A stretch of DNA of 64,000 nucleotides, taken from assembly GCA_965262915.1 (NCBI GenBank), contig OZ253564.1, positions 4,800,001 through 4,864,000 of the forward strand, written 5' to 3'. The translations under genes were made by a program, and so were the position numbers. Below, one piece after another: positions 8,203 to 18,367 of the stretch; the stretch's first letter is position 1, and each line of letters starts with the position of its first letter. This DNA comes from Candidatus Spongiisociaceae bacterium (GTDB lineage: Bacteria > Actinomycetota > Acidimicrobiia > Spongiisociales > Spongiisociaceae). A model generated the notes under the pieces. That model saw nothing but the letters and a program-made list of their open reading frames with translations, did no database searches and was not told the origin of the DNA.

Positions 8203-10755
8203 TCAGGCAGTCAGTGCGGCCGTCACGGCCGCCGTCTCCCGTTCCCGCATCATCACCAGGGCCCGCAACCGCTCGAGCTTCTGCTCGAGGGCCTTGGCGG
8301 CATGGGGCAGCGGGTTCTCGGCGAAGAAGGCCTCGACTTGGGCTGCCAATCCGGGATGAGACAGCGCCGGAAGGCCTTCCACCATCCTCGAATGGGTCAT
8401 CGGGGGAAGGGAACCGGCCATCCCGGGCCACTCCTCGCGCAGCCTGGTCCAGGCATACGGACCCGATACCCGGTTTGCCAGCATCCTGGCCAGGACCCAC
8501 GTGGTGTCCTGGTTGCGGATGGTGCCGTCCTCGATCAACCCGAAGGTGCGGTCCACCGCATCCCGGTTGTCGAACGTCGCCAGGGCCCGCAGGTACTTCA
8601 TCGCGTCCTGAGGGTTGCCGGCCTCCTTGTGGCGGGCCAGGTATGCACCGTAGGTGGCGCTGTCACCGTGGGAGGCGCAGACGTACAGGCACGCGGTCCC
8701 CACCTCCGGATCCACCGCCGTCGGATCGGAGACCATCCGCTCGTAGGTTCGCCGGGCCCCCTCGATGGTGCCCGCGACATTGGCCAGGCACCCCAGCGCG
8801 CTGATCACCCGGCCGCGCAGGCGGCGCACGAGATCGGTCTCTTCGTCCACGGGATCCCATCCGAGCCGGTCGGCCACGGGCCCCAGCAGACCGGACACCC
8901 AGTTCTCGAAGCCCGAACGGGCCTCGTCGGTGACCAGGTGGTGTCCGATACCCCCGGCACCCCCCAGGAGGGCGCCCCACACCGCCTGCTCGGCCTCATC
9001 GGCGAACGCGGCGGCCATTCCCATGAAGGAGCCCGTCGCGGCCTGGCCCGACTCGACGAACGCCCATGTGTCGTCCACCAGCGTGAAGCGCTCCACGGGA
9101 TCGAGCTCGTCGAGCCGCTCGACGAGAGCAGCCAGCAGGGAACCCTCGTACAGGGACCGGTAGAAGCCGTGGCCGCCGGCATTGGCGATCACCCATTCGA
9201 CCGGCCCATCCACCGGTACCACGGTCCTGCGCCCGTCGAGCAACATCCTGGCCCGAAATGGCTCCCCTCCGGCCATCCCCCGGAGTTGCACCGGGACCTT
9301 CCAGGAGGTCGGGTCCGATCGATCGGGAATGACAAGGAAGCGTCGTTGTTCCAGGGAAACACCCCCCTCAACCGATCGTACCGTCAACTGCGGGTAGCCG
9401 CCTTGAAGGATCCACGTGTCCATGATCTCCCCCACAGGCCGTCCCGACGCCTCGTCGAGGCTCTGCCAGAGGTCCCCGGTCTCGGTATTGGCATAAGCGT
9501 GATCACGTAGATAGGAACCTACCCCCCGGCGGAAAGGCTGCTCACCTATGTACTGCTCCATCATGCGCAACACCGCCGAGCCCTTCCCGTAGGTGAGGGC
9601 GTCGAACATCGCCTCGGCCTCCTCGGGCGACCGGACCTTGAACTCCACGGGCCGGGTACCGGCCAGTTCGTCCACCTTGAAAGCCCAGGGCCGCTCGACG
9701 GCGGCGAACTCCAGCCATCGCTTCCATCCCGGCCGTCGTGCGTCGGTGGCCTTCATCTCCATGAAGGTGGCGAAGGCCTCGTTCAGCCAGATACCGTTCC
9801 ACCACTTCATAGTGACCAGGTCCCCGAACCACATGTGGGCCAGTTCGTGACCGATCACGTCCAGGACCCGCATCTGCTCCGCGGAGGTCGCGGTGGCTTC
9901 GTCGAGCAGCAGCACCGACTCCCGGTAGGTGATGCAACCGAGGTTCTCCATGGCGCCGCAGGCGAAGTCGGGTATCGCCACCATGTCGACCTTGTCGCCG
10001 GGGTAAAGGATCCCGTAGTAGGAGGCCAGGTAGTCGAGGCAGAACCGGCTGCACTCAAGCGCGAACCCGGTCAGATGCTCCTTGCCCCTCGGCACAACGA
10101 TCCGGAGCGGAACACCGTTGACATCTACGGATTCAGTGGCTTCGAAAGGACCCACGACGAAAGCCACCAGATAGGTGGACATCTCGATGGTGTCCGCGAA
10201 CGTGATTGCGACCTTCCCGTCCCCGAACGGCGCCCGACCGATCTCGGCCCCATTCGATACCGCCATCAGGTCGCCGGGCACGATTAGCGTGACACCGAAG
10301 GAGGCTTTGAAGTCAGGCTCGTCCCAACAGGGAAAGGCCCGCCTGGCATCGGTGGCCTCGAACTGGGTGGTGGCGATGACCTGCTCCCGGCCCTCCACGT
10401 CGGTGAACACCGAACGGTAGAACCCCCGCAACTGATCATTGAGGATCCCGCTGAAACGACAGTGGAACTCGGATCGACCGGCCGGGATCTCCTCGGCCAG
10501 ACCGACAACGGCTCGCTGCGCTTCCTCGTCGTACTCCACCTCAGCATCGACCCGGTGACCGCCGTCGACGACGAACCAGGCCTCGTGGATGTCCAGTTCG
10601 ATAGCGTTCAGCACCACCCGATCCGTGGGCTCGGCAACCTCGACTGCCACCACCTCCGACCCGCCGAAAGTAGCCCCATCGAGATCAGGATCGATGCGAA
10701 GCCGGTAGTGCCGAGGCACCACGGTACGGGGCAACCGGTATGGATCGTCGTTCAT
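8203..10755 (-). CDS. pepN: M1-family aminopeptidase N
   Basis: TQFEATDARRAFPCWDEP, GAMEN, HELAH-x18-E (WLNEAFA), YGKG. Confidence 0.95.
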   Translation of the reverse strand: MNDDPYRLPRTVVPRHYRLRIDPDLDGATFGGSEVVAVEVAEPTDRVVLNAIELDIHEAWFVVDGGHRVDAEVEYDEEAQRAVVGLAEEIPAGRSEFHCRFSGILNDQLRGFYRSVFTDVEGREQVIATTQFEATDARRAFPCWDEPDFKASFGVTLIVPGDLMAVSNGAEIGRAPFGDGKVAITFADTIEMSTYLVAFVVGPFEATESVDVNGVPLRIVVPRGKEHLTGFALECSRFCLDYLASYYGILYPGDKVDMVAIPDFACGAMENLGCITYRESVLLLDEATATSAEQMRVLDVIGHELAHMWFGDLVTMKWWNGIWLNEAFATFMEMKATDARRPGWKRWLEFAAVERPWAFKVDELAGTRPVEFKVRSPEEAEAMFDALTYGKGSAVLRMMEQYIGEQPFRRGVGSYLRDHAYANTETGDLWQSLDEASGRPVGEIMDTWILQGGYPQLTVRSVEGGVSLEQRRFLVIPDRSDPTSWKVPVQLRGMAGGEPFRARMLLDGRRTVVPVDGPVEWVIANAGGHGFYRSLYEGSLLAALVERLDELDPVERFTLVDDTWAFVESGQAATGSFMGMAAAFADEAEQAVWGALLGGAGGIGHHLVTDEARSGFENWVSGLLGPVADRLGWDPVDEETDLVRRLRGRVISALGCLANVAGTIEGARRTYERMVSDPTAVDPEVGTACLYVCASHGDSATYGAYLARHKEAGNPQDAMKYLRALATFDNRDAVDRTFGLIEDGTIRNQDTTWVLARMLANRVSGPYAWTRLREEWPGMAGSLPPMTHSRMVEGLPALSHPGLAAQVEAFFAENPLPHAAKALEQKLERLRALVMMRERETAAVTAALTA

Positions 10756-10904
10756 CGTGACTCCAGCGCTCGGGAACAAGCCGGACGGAAGCGGCAGGAC
10801 GGAATACGATCAGTCCGTATGAAGCTCGTCGGCATCACCCGCATGATATGCGCGGCGCACCGCCCGGCCTGTCCGTACAGATACCGCCGGCCCGGAGCCG
10901 GACG

Positions 10905-11912
10905 GTGAGCGGTCCGGGCTTGCTCAGGTTCGATCCCGTACTGGTACCGAAACCGTGGGGTGGAAGGAGGTTGGTTCGTCTCGGCAAGAAACCCCCGGCG
11001 GGTCGACCTCCCGCCACCCGCTACGGAGAGTCCTGGGAAATAGCAGACCTCCCGGAGAGGGCACTATCCGCATCGCAACAAGGACGCACGCAGGTCGCGA
11101 CCGGCCCTCATCGAGGCAAGACCCTCAACAGGCTGATCGCAGAGTATGGGACGGCACTACTCGGCGCTTCCCCCGTGACCCCTGCCGGCGACTTCCCCCT
11201 CCTGTTCAAGCTTCTCGACACCTCAGAGCACCTGTCGATCCAGGTCCATCCCGACGAGAACTACGCAACCACCCAACCTGAGTGGTTGCCCAAGACCGAA
11301 TCCTGGTACGTGCTCGACGCCGAGCCGGGGGCTGCGATCTTCAAGGGGTTCCGTCTTGGAGTGGAGATGGACGATGTGAGGGCTGCGGCTGGTACACCCC
11401 AACTGGCGGATCTTCTGCAACGGCTGGAAGTAAGACCGGGGGACTTCCACCACCTCCCGGCCGGGACCATTCACGGCCTAGGTGCCGGAGTCACCGTCGC
11501 CGAAGTCCAGACTCCGTCCGACACCACGTTTCGCCTCTACGACTGGACCGAGGAGTACGATCGTCCACCTCGCCGGCTACAGATCGGCCATGGTCTCGAA
11601 GCCCTCTCTCTGGATCTGCCATCCGCTATCTCACGCATCCGGATGGACGGGGGAGGAGTGCGCCGGCTGGTGGACACTCCCTTCTACTGGATGCGGGAGC
11701 ATCGGGGCACCGATCAACCGATGATCCTACGGGAATTGCCAGAGCTACGCGTCCTCGTTGTTGCCCGAGGCCGCGCCGGAGTGACAACGGACACCGGTTC
11801 TGCTTTGCAGCTCGGCACCGGTTCCACGGTGCTGGTTCCGGCCTCCTCTGCCATTTCCACGCGTGTTTCAGCCGTCGGAACTACCACACTGCTCGAGATC
11901 GGACTCATGTAG
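10905..11912 (+). CDS. Type I mannose-6-phosphate isomerase (cupin)
   Basis: KPWGG, GESWE, FPLLFKLLD..LSIQVHP, KTESWY, GTIHGLG, EVQTPSDTTFRLYDW. Confidence 0.9.
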   Translation: MSGPGLLRFDPVLVPKPWGGRRLVRLGKKPPAGRPPATRYGESWEIADLPERALSASQQGRTQVATGPHRGKTLNRLIAEYGTALLGASPVTPAGDFPLLFKLLDTSEHLSIQVHPDENYATTQPEWLPKTESWYVLDAEPGAAIFKGFRLGVEMDDVRAAAGTPQLADLLQRLEVRPGDFHHLPAGTIHGLGAGVTVAEVQTPSDTTFRLYDWTEEYDRPPRRLQIGHGLEALSLDLPSAISRIRMDGGGVRRLVDTPFYWMREHRGTDQPMILRELPELRVLVVARGRAGVTTDTGSALQLGTGSTVLVPASSAISTRVSAVGTTTLLEIGLM

Positions 11913-12014
11913 GAAACCGTTCTGACCAGCGTTGACAGCCCACGACTCTCGCTGGTCGGTTACCTACGGGTCCAACCCGTCGATTCGTCGCAGACGGCCA
12001 GTAGGGTTACCGAT

Positions 12015-12953
12015 ATGAGTCTGGAAGAACAGATACGGGATCAGCGCCTTGCCCTGGTCCCGCCGAGAAGCATCGGAGGGCAACCTTCGACGTTCGGCTC
12101 ATACGTCAGGCTCGATACGGATATCGACGGCCCGCTGGACTCCCTTACCTCTCCGGTGATCGTGCGCGGTCGCGCGACCGACGCCTTGGGCCTTCTTCCG
12201 ACCGGCAGTGTTCAAACGGTCGTGACCTCCCCTCCTTATTGGTCGTTGAGGGACTACGACGTTGCCGAGCAGATCGGCCGCGATGACGGACTAGATGACT
12301 ACGTCAAGAGCATCGTCGTGGCCTTCGACCAGCTTCGACGGGTTCTCACCGATGACGGCACCGTCTGGCTCAACGTCGGAGATAGCTACACATCGGGAAA
12401 TCGGAGGTACCGCGCACCTGATCGAAAGGACCGGGCCAGGGCGATGTCGGTGCGCCCACCCACCCCAGAGGGCCTCAAACCGAAGGATCTCATCGGTGTT
12501 CCATGGCGGCTCGCTTTCGCCCTCCAAGATGTTGGTTGGTGGCTGCGATCCGAAGTGATCTGGTACAAGCCCAACGCGCACCCGGAATCTGTGCGCGATC
12601 GCCCGACGAAGGCGCACGAAACCGTATTCCTGCTATCGAAGAACCAGGACTACCACTATGATGTATCGGCTGTCACAGGCCCGAACGGTCGCCGACTCCG
12701 CACGATGTGGGACATCAACACCGAACCTCGCCGACGAGAGGCCGGAGGGATCGATGACCATCCAGCGGTTATGCCGATGACGCTGGCTCGTCGGTGCATC
12801 CAGATCACCAGCCGCCCCGGCGATGTGGTGCTTGATCCCTACGCCGGATCCGGCACCACGCTGCTGGCCGCTATGGAACTCGGTAGGGACTGGGTTGGCA
12901 TCGAGTTGAAACCTGAGTATGTGGAATTGATCGAGCGCAGACTTGCCGGGTGA
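12015..12953 (+). CDS. Orphan beta-class DNA methyltransferase (probably N4-cytosine)
   Basis: Motif IV TSPPYW precedes motif I LDPYAGSGT; HPAVMP. Confidence 0.92.
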   Translation: MSLEEQIRDQRLALVPPRSIGGQPSTFGSYVRLDTDIDGPLDSLTSPVIVRGRATDALGLLPTGSVQTVVTSPPYWSLRDYDVAEQIGRDDGLDDYVKSIVVAFDQLRRVLTDDGTVWLNVGDSYTSGNRRYRAPDRKDRARAMSVRPPTPEGLKPKDLIGVPWRLAFALQDVGWWLRSEVIWYKPNAHPESVRDRPTKAHETVFLLSKNQDYHYDVSAVTGPNGRRLRTMWDINTEPRRREAGGIDDHPAVMPMTLARRCIQITSRPGDVVLDPYAGSGTTLLAAMELGRDWVGIELKPEYVELIERRLAG

Positions 12954-12989
12954 GCGACCACTGCAACCAGCAAGTGGACATCGACGAAC

Positions 12990-14453
12990 TCAAGCCTGGT
13001 AACTGCCCGAAGTCGTGGCGCCTCCGGTACCGGTCCAATCTGTGTGGAAGAACTCGCCGCGGGGGCGGTCGATCCGTTCGTAGGTGTGAGCACCGAAGTA
13101 GTCGCGCTGGGCCTGGACCAGGTTGGCGGGAAGCCGCTCGGAGCGGTAGGCGTCGTAGAATGCCAGCGCCGACGAGTAGGCCGGTACCGGAATGCCGCTT
13201 CCGACCGCCGCGGCGACCACCCTACGCCATCCTGCCTCCGCCTTGCGGAGCGCCTCGACGAAAAACTCGTCCAGGAGAAGGCTGGGCAGGTCAGGCCGCC
13301 GCGCGAAGGCGACGGTGATGTCGTCGAGAAATGCGGCCCGGATGATACAGCCCTCCCGCCACAGCTGGGCGATCCTGCCGTAGTCGAGGTCCCACCCATG
13401 CTCCTTCGAAGCCGCGCCGAGCAGCATGAAGCCCTGCGCGTACGACACGATCTTCGAGGCGTAGAGAGCATCGTGAATGGCCTCCACGAAGCCATCCCCC
13501 TCGCCTTGACGCAGGGATCCCAGCTGTCCCACCCTTGATCCGAGAACCGCGGCCGCCTCGATGCGTTGGTCACGGAGCGCCGACACCACCCGTGCGTACA
13601 CCGCTTCGGCTACCAGGGTCATGGGATAGCCGAGGTGCAGGGAGGAGATCACCGTCCACTTCCCCGTTCCCTTCTGGCCGGCGGCATCGAGGATCAACTC
13701 CAAGGTAGGCTCGCCCCGCTCACCGGTGTGATCGAGGATGTCGGCGGTGATGTCGATGAGGTACGAATCGAGAAGCCCGTCACCCCAGCGGCGGAAGACG
13801 GAGGCCATCTCACAGTAGGACATACCCAGCCCGACCCGCATCAGGTGGTAGGCCTCCGCTATCACCTGCATGTCGCCGTACTCGATGCCGTTGTGCACCA
13901 TCTTCGTGTAGTGACCGGCCCCGTCCGGACCCACCCAGTCGCAGCAAGGGGTCCCGTCGGCAACCTTGGCGGCGATGGCCTGCAGGATCTCCCGAACCCG
14001 GGGCCAGGCGGCCGGATCCCCACCCGGCATGATCGAGGGACCGTGGCGGGCGCCCTCCTCACCCCCCGACACCCCCGTCCCTACGAACAGGATGCCGCTG
14101 TTGCGCAACTGTCGGGTGCGGCGGATCGAGTCCTCGAAGTGGGAGTTGCCCCCGTCGATGATGATGTCGCCCTCGTCCAGGAGGGGGATGAGCCGCTCGA
14201 TGGTCAGGTCCACCGCCCGGCCGGCCTTGACCATGAGCATGATCCGTCTAGGCGACTTCAGGGCACCGACCAGTTCCTCGATGCTTTGGGTGCCTATCAC
14301 TCCGGTGCCTCGGGCCGGACCGGCCAGGAACTCGGTGGTGCGGGCGGTGGTCCGGTTGTAGACAGCCACCTTGAACCCGTGGTCGTCCATATTGAGCACC
14401 AGGTTCTGGCCCATCACTGCCAGACCTATCAGACCGATGTCAGCGGAAGTCAC
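12990..14453 (-). CDS. gndA: 6-phosphogluconate dehydrogenase, NADP-dependent, decarboxylating
   Basis: GLIGLAVMGQNL, GVSGGEEGA, KMVHNGIEYGDMQ, QKGTGKW, QAQRDYFGAHTY. Confidence 0.98.
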   Translation of the reverse strand: MTSADIGLIGLAVMGQNLVLNMDDHGFKVAVYNRTTARTTEFLAGPARGTGVIGTQSIEELVGALKSPRRIMLMVKAGRAVDLTIERLIPLLDEGDIIIDGGNSHFEDSIRRTRQLRNSGILFVGTGVSGGEEGARHGPSIMPGGDPAAWPRVREILQAIAAKVADGTPCCDWVGPDGAGHYTKMVHNGIEYGDMQVIAEAYHLMRVGLGMSYCEMASVFRRWGDGLLDSYLIDITADILDHTGERGEPTLELILDAAGQKGTGKWTVISSLHLGYPMTLVAEAVYARVVSALRDQRIEAAAVLGSRVGQLGSLRQGEGDGFVEAIHDALYASKIVSYAQGFMLLGAASKEHGWDLDYGRIAQLWREGCIIRAAFLDDITVAFARRPDLPSLLLDEFFVEALRKAEAGWRRVVAAAVGSGIPVPAYSSALAFYDAYRSERLPANLVQAQRDYFGAHTYERIDRPRGEFFHTDWTGTGGATTSGSYQA

Positions 14454-14481
14454 GTAACTCCATAGTACGGGAGGACCGAAT

Positions 14482-15180
14482 CTAGTGGCCCGGCCTTCCG
14501 CTCACTCCGGCAACCAGGAAACGGACCAGGACCAGCGCCAAGGCGGCCCCGATCAACTGCATGACTATGAAGCCCGGCGCTGAGCCCGGGGCGATCCCGG
14601 CAAAGGTGTCGGAGAACATACGGGAGATGGTGACCGCCGGATTGGCGAAGCTGGTAGAGGAAGTGAAGAAGTACGCACCGCCTATGTACACACCTACGGC
14701 CGGGGCTACGTACCCCACGCCTCCCCCGCCCGGCCTTGCGATGAGGAATATCACCATCATCAACCCGAGTGTGGCGATCACCTCACCGAGTAGCTGACCC
14801 GTACCGCCGCGCACGGTCTCGGACCAGTGGACTGGATCGAGGGAGAACATGAGGTTCGCGAGGACAGTGCCAACGATACCGCCGACTATCTGGGACCCTA
14901 CGTATGCAGCCCCTTCCCCGGCGGTGCGGTTGCCCATCGCCACGTCCAGCAGGGTGACGCACGGATTGAAGTGGGCGCCCGAGATCGGACCCAGTGACCA
15001 TATGAGCATCATCAGGGCGAAGGCCGTAACCACAGCTGCCTCGAACAACTGGAGCCCTACATCGTTGGGGCTGAGCTTCTGGGCGGCAATCCCGCCGCCT
15101 ACCACGGCCATCAGCAGGAAGGATGTTCCAACGCCTTCGGCCACCACGCGTCGGCTCAACGAATAACAAGGAGACCCCAT
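14482..15180 (-). CDS. MIP/aquaporin-family channel, AqpS-like (arsenite)
   Basis: ISGAHFNPCVT and FTSSTSFANPAVT..FSDTFAGIAP motifs; divergent from arsC; start uncertain. Confidence 0.88.
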   Translation of the reverse strand: MGSPCYSLSRRVVAEGVGTSFLLMAVVGGGIAAQKLSPNDVGLQLFEAAVVTAFALMMLIWSLGPISGAHFNPCVTLLDVAMGNRTAGEGAAYVGSQIVGGIVGTVLANLMFSLDPVHWSETVRGGTGQLLGEVIATLGLMMVIFLIARPGGGGVGYVAPAVGVYIGGAYFFTSSTSFANPAVTISRMFSDTFAGIAPGSAPGFIVMQLIGAALALVLVRFLVAGVSGRPGH

Positions 15181-15284
15181 CGGCCGCAAGACTAGAGGCG
15201 TTGCCAGAGGTCCGATGCCATGCGAACGGCAACTCCACCATAGGTTTACCGGCTGTTCGCGACTCGGTCGTACCATGCGATCCC

Positions 15285-15710
15285 ATGAGCACCGCCACAA
15301 CCGTTCCCGAAGTCCTGTTCGTATGCGTCCACAACGCCGGCCGGTCCCAGATGGCAGCCGGCTTTCTCCGTCATCTGGCGGGCGATCGGGTGACGGTCCG
15401 CAGCGCTGGGTCGATGCCGGCCGAGCAGATCAACCCGGCAGTTCTCGAGGTCATGGCCGAGAGAGGTATCGACCTGAGCGGGCGCCTCCCCGCGAAGCTC
15501 TCGCGGGACAAGGTCTCCGCTTCCGATGTGGTGGTGACCATGGGTTGCGGTGACGCCTGCCCGGTGCTCCCCGGCAGACACTACCTGGACTGGGAGCTCG
15601 GCGACCCCGCCGGGAAGGGCGCCGACCAGGTCCGGCCGGTGCGGGGCGAGATAGAACGACTGGTGAGGGGACTGCTGGCCGACCTGGGTATCGAACCCTC
15701 CCGATCGTGA
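15285..15710 (+). CDS. arsC: Arsenate reductase, LMW-PTP fold
   Basis: VLFVCVHNAGRSQMA P-loop, TMGCGDACP, DWEL.DP. Confidence 0.93.
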   Translation: MSTATTVPEVLFVCVHNAGRSQMAAGFLRHLAGDRVTVRSAGSMPAEQINPAVLEVMAERGIDLSGRLPAKLSRDKVSASDVVVTMGCGDACPVLPGRHYLDWELGDPAGKGADQVRPVRGEIERLVRGLLADLGIEPSRS

Positions 15711-15728
15711 GATCGGACGAGAAACAGG

Positions 15729-16484
15729 GTGAGGGCGCGTGACGTGGTTGTTCGGCTCGGTATCGACATCGGCGGAAGCGGGATAAAGGGGGGTCCGGTC
15801 GATCTCGACTCGGGAGCTTTGATCCGCAAGCGGGTTCGCATCGAGACCCCGCGGCCGTCCCATCCCGAAGCAGTGGCCGGGACGATCCGCCGGCTGGTGG
15901 CGGCATTCCCCGAGGCGACCGGGCGCATCGGATGTGCCTTCCCCGCCATCGTCCTCTCCGGACGGGTGAACTCGGCCGCCAACGTCGACGATTCATGGAT
16001 AGGTACCGACGCCGACCGTCTGTTGTCGGAGACATGCGGCCGCCCGGTGGTGGTGATCAACGATGCCGACGCGGCCGGCCTGGCCGAGGCCCGCGTGGGC
16101 GCGGCGGCCGGCCGGGAAGGGGTGGTCATCGTCCTCACCCTGGGCACGGGAATCGGCTCGGCGCTCCTGCACGACGGCAGGCTGGTACCCAACACCGAGC
16201 TGGGCCATCTCGAAGTGGGCGGGCGGGTGATCGAGAAGGCCGCGTCCAACCGGGCTCGGAAGCGGGAAGGTCTGTCGTTCGAGGCATGGGCGACAAGGCT
16301 CAACGACTACCTGTCCCACCTGGAGCGCCTGTTCTCGCCCGGCCTGTTCGTGATCGGCGGCGGCATCTCCAAGCGTTTCGGAGAGTACGGCCCCTATCTC
16401 CAGACCCGGGCCGAGATCGTGCCTGCCGCCCTCCGCAACGACGCCGGCATCGTCGGCGCGGCCATGCAGGCGGGTCTCCGCTAG
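15729..16484 (+). CDS. ppgK: Polyphosphate glucokinase (ROK family)
   Basis: GIDIGGSGIKG, NDADAAGLAE, TLGTGIGSAL, VPNTELGH. Confidence 0.93.
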   Translation: MRARDVVVRLGIDIGGSGIKGGPVDLDSGALIRKRVRIETPRPSHPEAVAGTIRRLVAAFPEATGRIGCAFPAIVLSGRVNSAANVDDSWIGTDADRLLSETCGRPVVVINDADAAGLAEARVGAAAGREGVVIVLTLGTGIGSALLHDGRLVPNTELGHLEVGGRVIEKAASNRARKREGLSFEAWATRLNDYLSHLERLFSPGLFVIGGGISKRFGEYGPYLQTRAEIVPAALRNDAGIVGAAMQAGLR

Positions 16485-16850
16485 CTGGTCGGATAGCCGG
16501 CACCCGGCCAGGAGGGCTCAGTTCGGCACGGACCCGACTCGCGAAACTTTGCCGCGCGAAGGGGTTGATCCTCTCCCACCGACACCGCGTAGTTGGTGAT
16601 ACCAAGCACCCGAGCGGATTCGAACCGGATGTCATTCGACCGCCCGAGGGATCACGATCTCGGAACCGAGCCGCCCGCACCGGGCGTGGCGGCCCAGACT
16701 CCGATCCCAGGAACGGTGGGGGTGGGGGAGGGCCCTGGCAGGCAAACCGGACAGGCCGGTTTTTCGCGACTTGAACATGGCCTAGCAGAGCGGTGCTCGG
16801 AACCTCGCGGGGATGGCGAGCCCTCGGGGTGACCGGGCCGGCGCCTCCTA

Positions 16851-16978
16851 GGAGGGTGCTGAAAAACGAATCTTGCGGGGTTCGCTGGTTGGCAAACCAC
16901 CTGGTCTGAGCGTTGTGGGCTAGCGTGCGAACCCCTTTGCACAGGGATGCTCCTATGAGTGTTTTTTCAGCACCCTCC
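16851..16978. mobile_element. MITE, about 128 bp, non-coding
   Basis: Inverted repeats GGAGGGTGCTGAAAAA / TTTTTCAGCACCCTCC flanked by TA on both sides; right flank is the hflX stop codon. Confidence 0.8.
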
Positions 16979-18285
16979 TACGGGCTGGTGGCGAACTCCC
17001 GGTAGCGATCGGCCCGCTCCCGCGGTATCCGCACGCTCACCAGGGTGCCGTCGGCCCGGTGGATTTCCTCCAGGACCTCGGCTTCGCGCCGGAGCCTCCC
17101 GAGGACCTCTCCCCTCGTGTACGGGATCAGCAACTCGACCTGTCGCGAGCCACGGGCGAGGTGATCGACCAAGCGGTCCCGCAGATCGGCGAGTCCGGTC
17201 CCCTCGGTCGACGAAACGGTGACTGCCTGCGGATACAGACGCTGGAGCCGGGCGAGGATCGTCCGATCTGCCAGGTCGGCCTTGTTGAGAACCAGCATCT
17301 CGGGGACATGCCCCGCGCCGATCGAGTCGAGCACTTCCCGCACCGCGCCGATCTGACCCGGCGCCCCGGGTTCCGACGCGTCCACGACGTGGAGTAGCAG
17401 GTCGGCGCCCACTGTCTCCTGCAGGGTCGACCGGAAAGCCTCGACCAGCTGGTGGGGAAGGCGACGGACGAACCCGACCGTATCCGAGAGCAGCATCAGG
17501 CGACCGTTGGCCAACTCGAGCTTGCGGGTGGTCGAGTCCAGGGTCGAGAAAAGGCGGTCCTCGGTTCGCACGCCGGCCCCGGTCAGGGCGTTCATCAACG
17601 TGGACTTCCCGGCGTTGGTATAGCCGACCAGGGACGCCAGCGGGATGGCGGCGCCCGCCCGAGTCTTGCGCTGGCTTTGCCGCGCGCTGTGGACCTCCTT
17701 CATGCGCCGCTCCACATGCGAGATACGGCGCATGATGCGACGCCGGTCGGTCTCCAGCTTGGTCTCCCCCGGACCCCGGGTACCGATACCCCCGCCCAGC
17801 CGGCTCAGCTCGGTGCCCCTGCCCCGAAGCCGGGGAAGGTGGTACTTGAGCAAGGCCAACTCCACCTGGAGCATGCCCTCCCGGCTCGTGGCATGCTGGG
17901 CGAAGATGTCGAGAATGACCGCAACCCGGTCCACCACGTCGCACTCGAACAGCTGCTGGAGGTTGCGTTGTTGACCGGGAGCAAGGCTGTTGTCGAACAC
18001 CACGACGTCGACATCGAGCAGGTCGGCATCGCGCGCCAGGTCCTTGGCCTGGCCGGGGCCGACGAAGGTGGCCGGATGCGGCGATCGTCGCTTCAGCACC
18101 ACCGTGCCCACCGGGGTCGATCCGGCGGTATCGGTGAGGAGCCGTAGCTCCCCAATCGACCTGTTGACATCGCCGATGCCCGCTCCGGCGAGATCGACGC
18201 TGACGAGGAGCGCCTTCTGGCGCGCCACATCGAGATCGGTGACGGTGGCTGTGAGGCGGCGACCCCGACGTCCGTCCGTGGTCAT
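16978..18285 (-). CDS. hflX: GTPase HflX
   Basis: GIGTRGPGETKLETDRR, GYTNAGKST, LFSTLD, DTVGF, NKAD. Confidence 0.98.
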   Translation of the reverse strand: MTTDGRRGRRLTATVTDLDVARQKALLVSVDLAGAGIGDVNRSIGELRLLTDTAGSTPVGTVVLKRRSPHPATFVGPGQAKDLARDADLLDVDVVVFDNSLAPGQQRNLQQLFECDVVDRVAVILDIFAQHATSREGMLQVELALLKYHLPRLRGRGTELSRLGGGIGTRGPGETKLETDRRRIMRRISHVERRMKEVHSARQSQRKTRAGAAIPLASLVGYTNAGKSTLMNALTGAGVRTEDRLFSTLDSTTRKLELANGRLMLLSDTVGFVRRLPHQLVEAFRSTLQETVGADLLLHVVDASEPGAPGQIGAVREVLDSIGAGHVPEMLVLNKADLADRTILARLQRLYPQAVTVSSTEGTGLADLRDRLVDHLARGSRQVELLIPYTRGEVLGRLRREAEVLEEIHRADGTLVSVRIPRERADRYREFATSP

Positions 18286-18367
18286 GAGAGGGGCTGGTCG
18301 CGGGAAGAAGCAGTCAGACGGTCACACCGGTGAAAGGTCATCCAGTCGTGCGCATCAGCTAGGAGGT

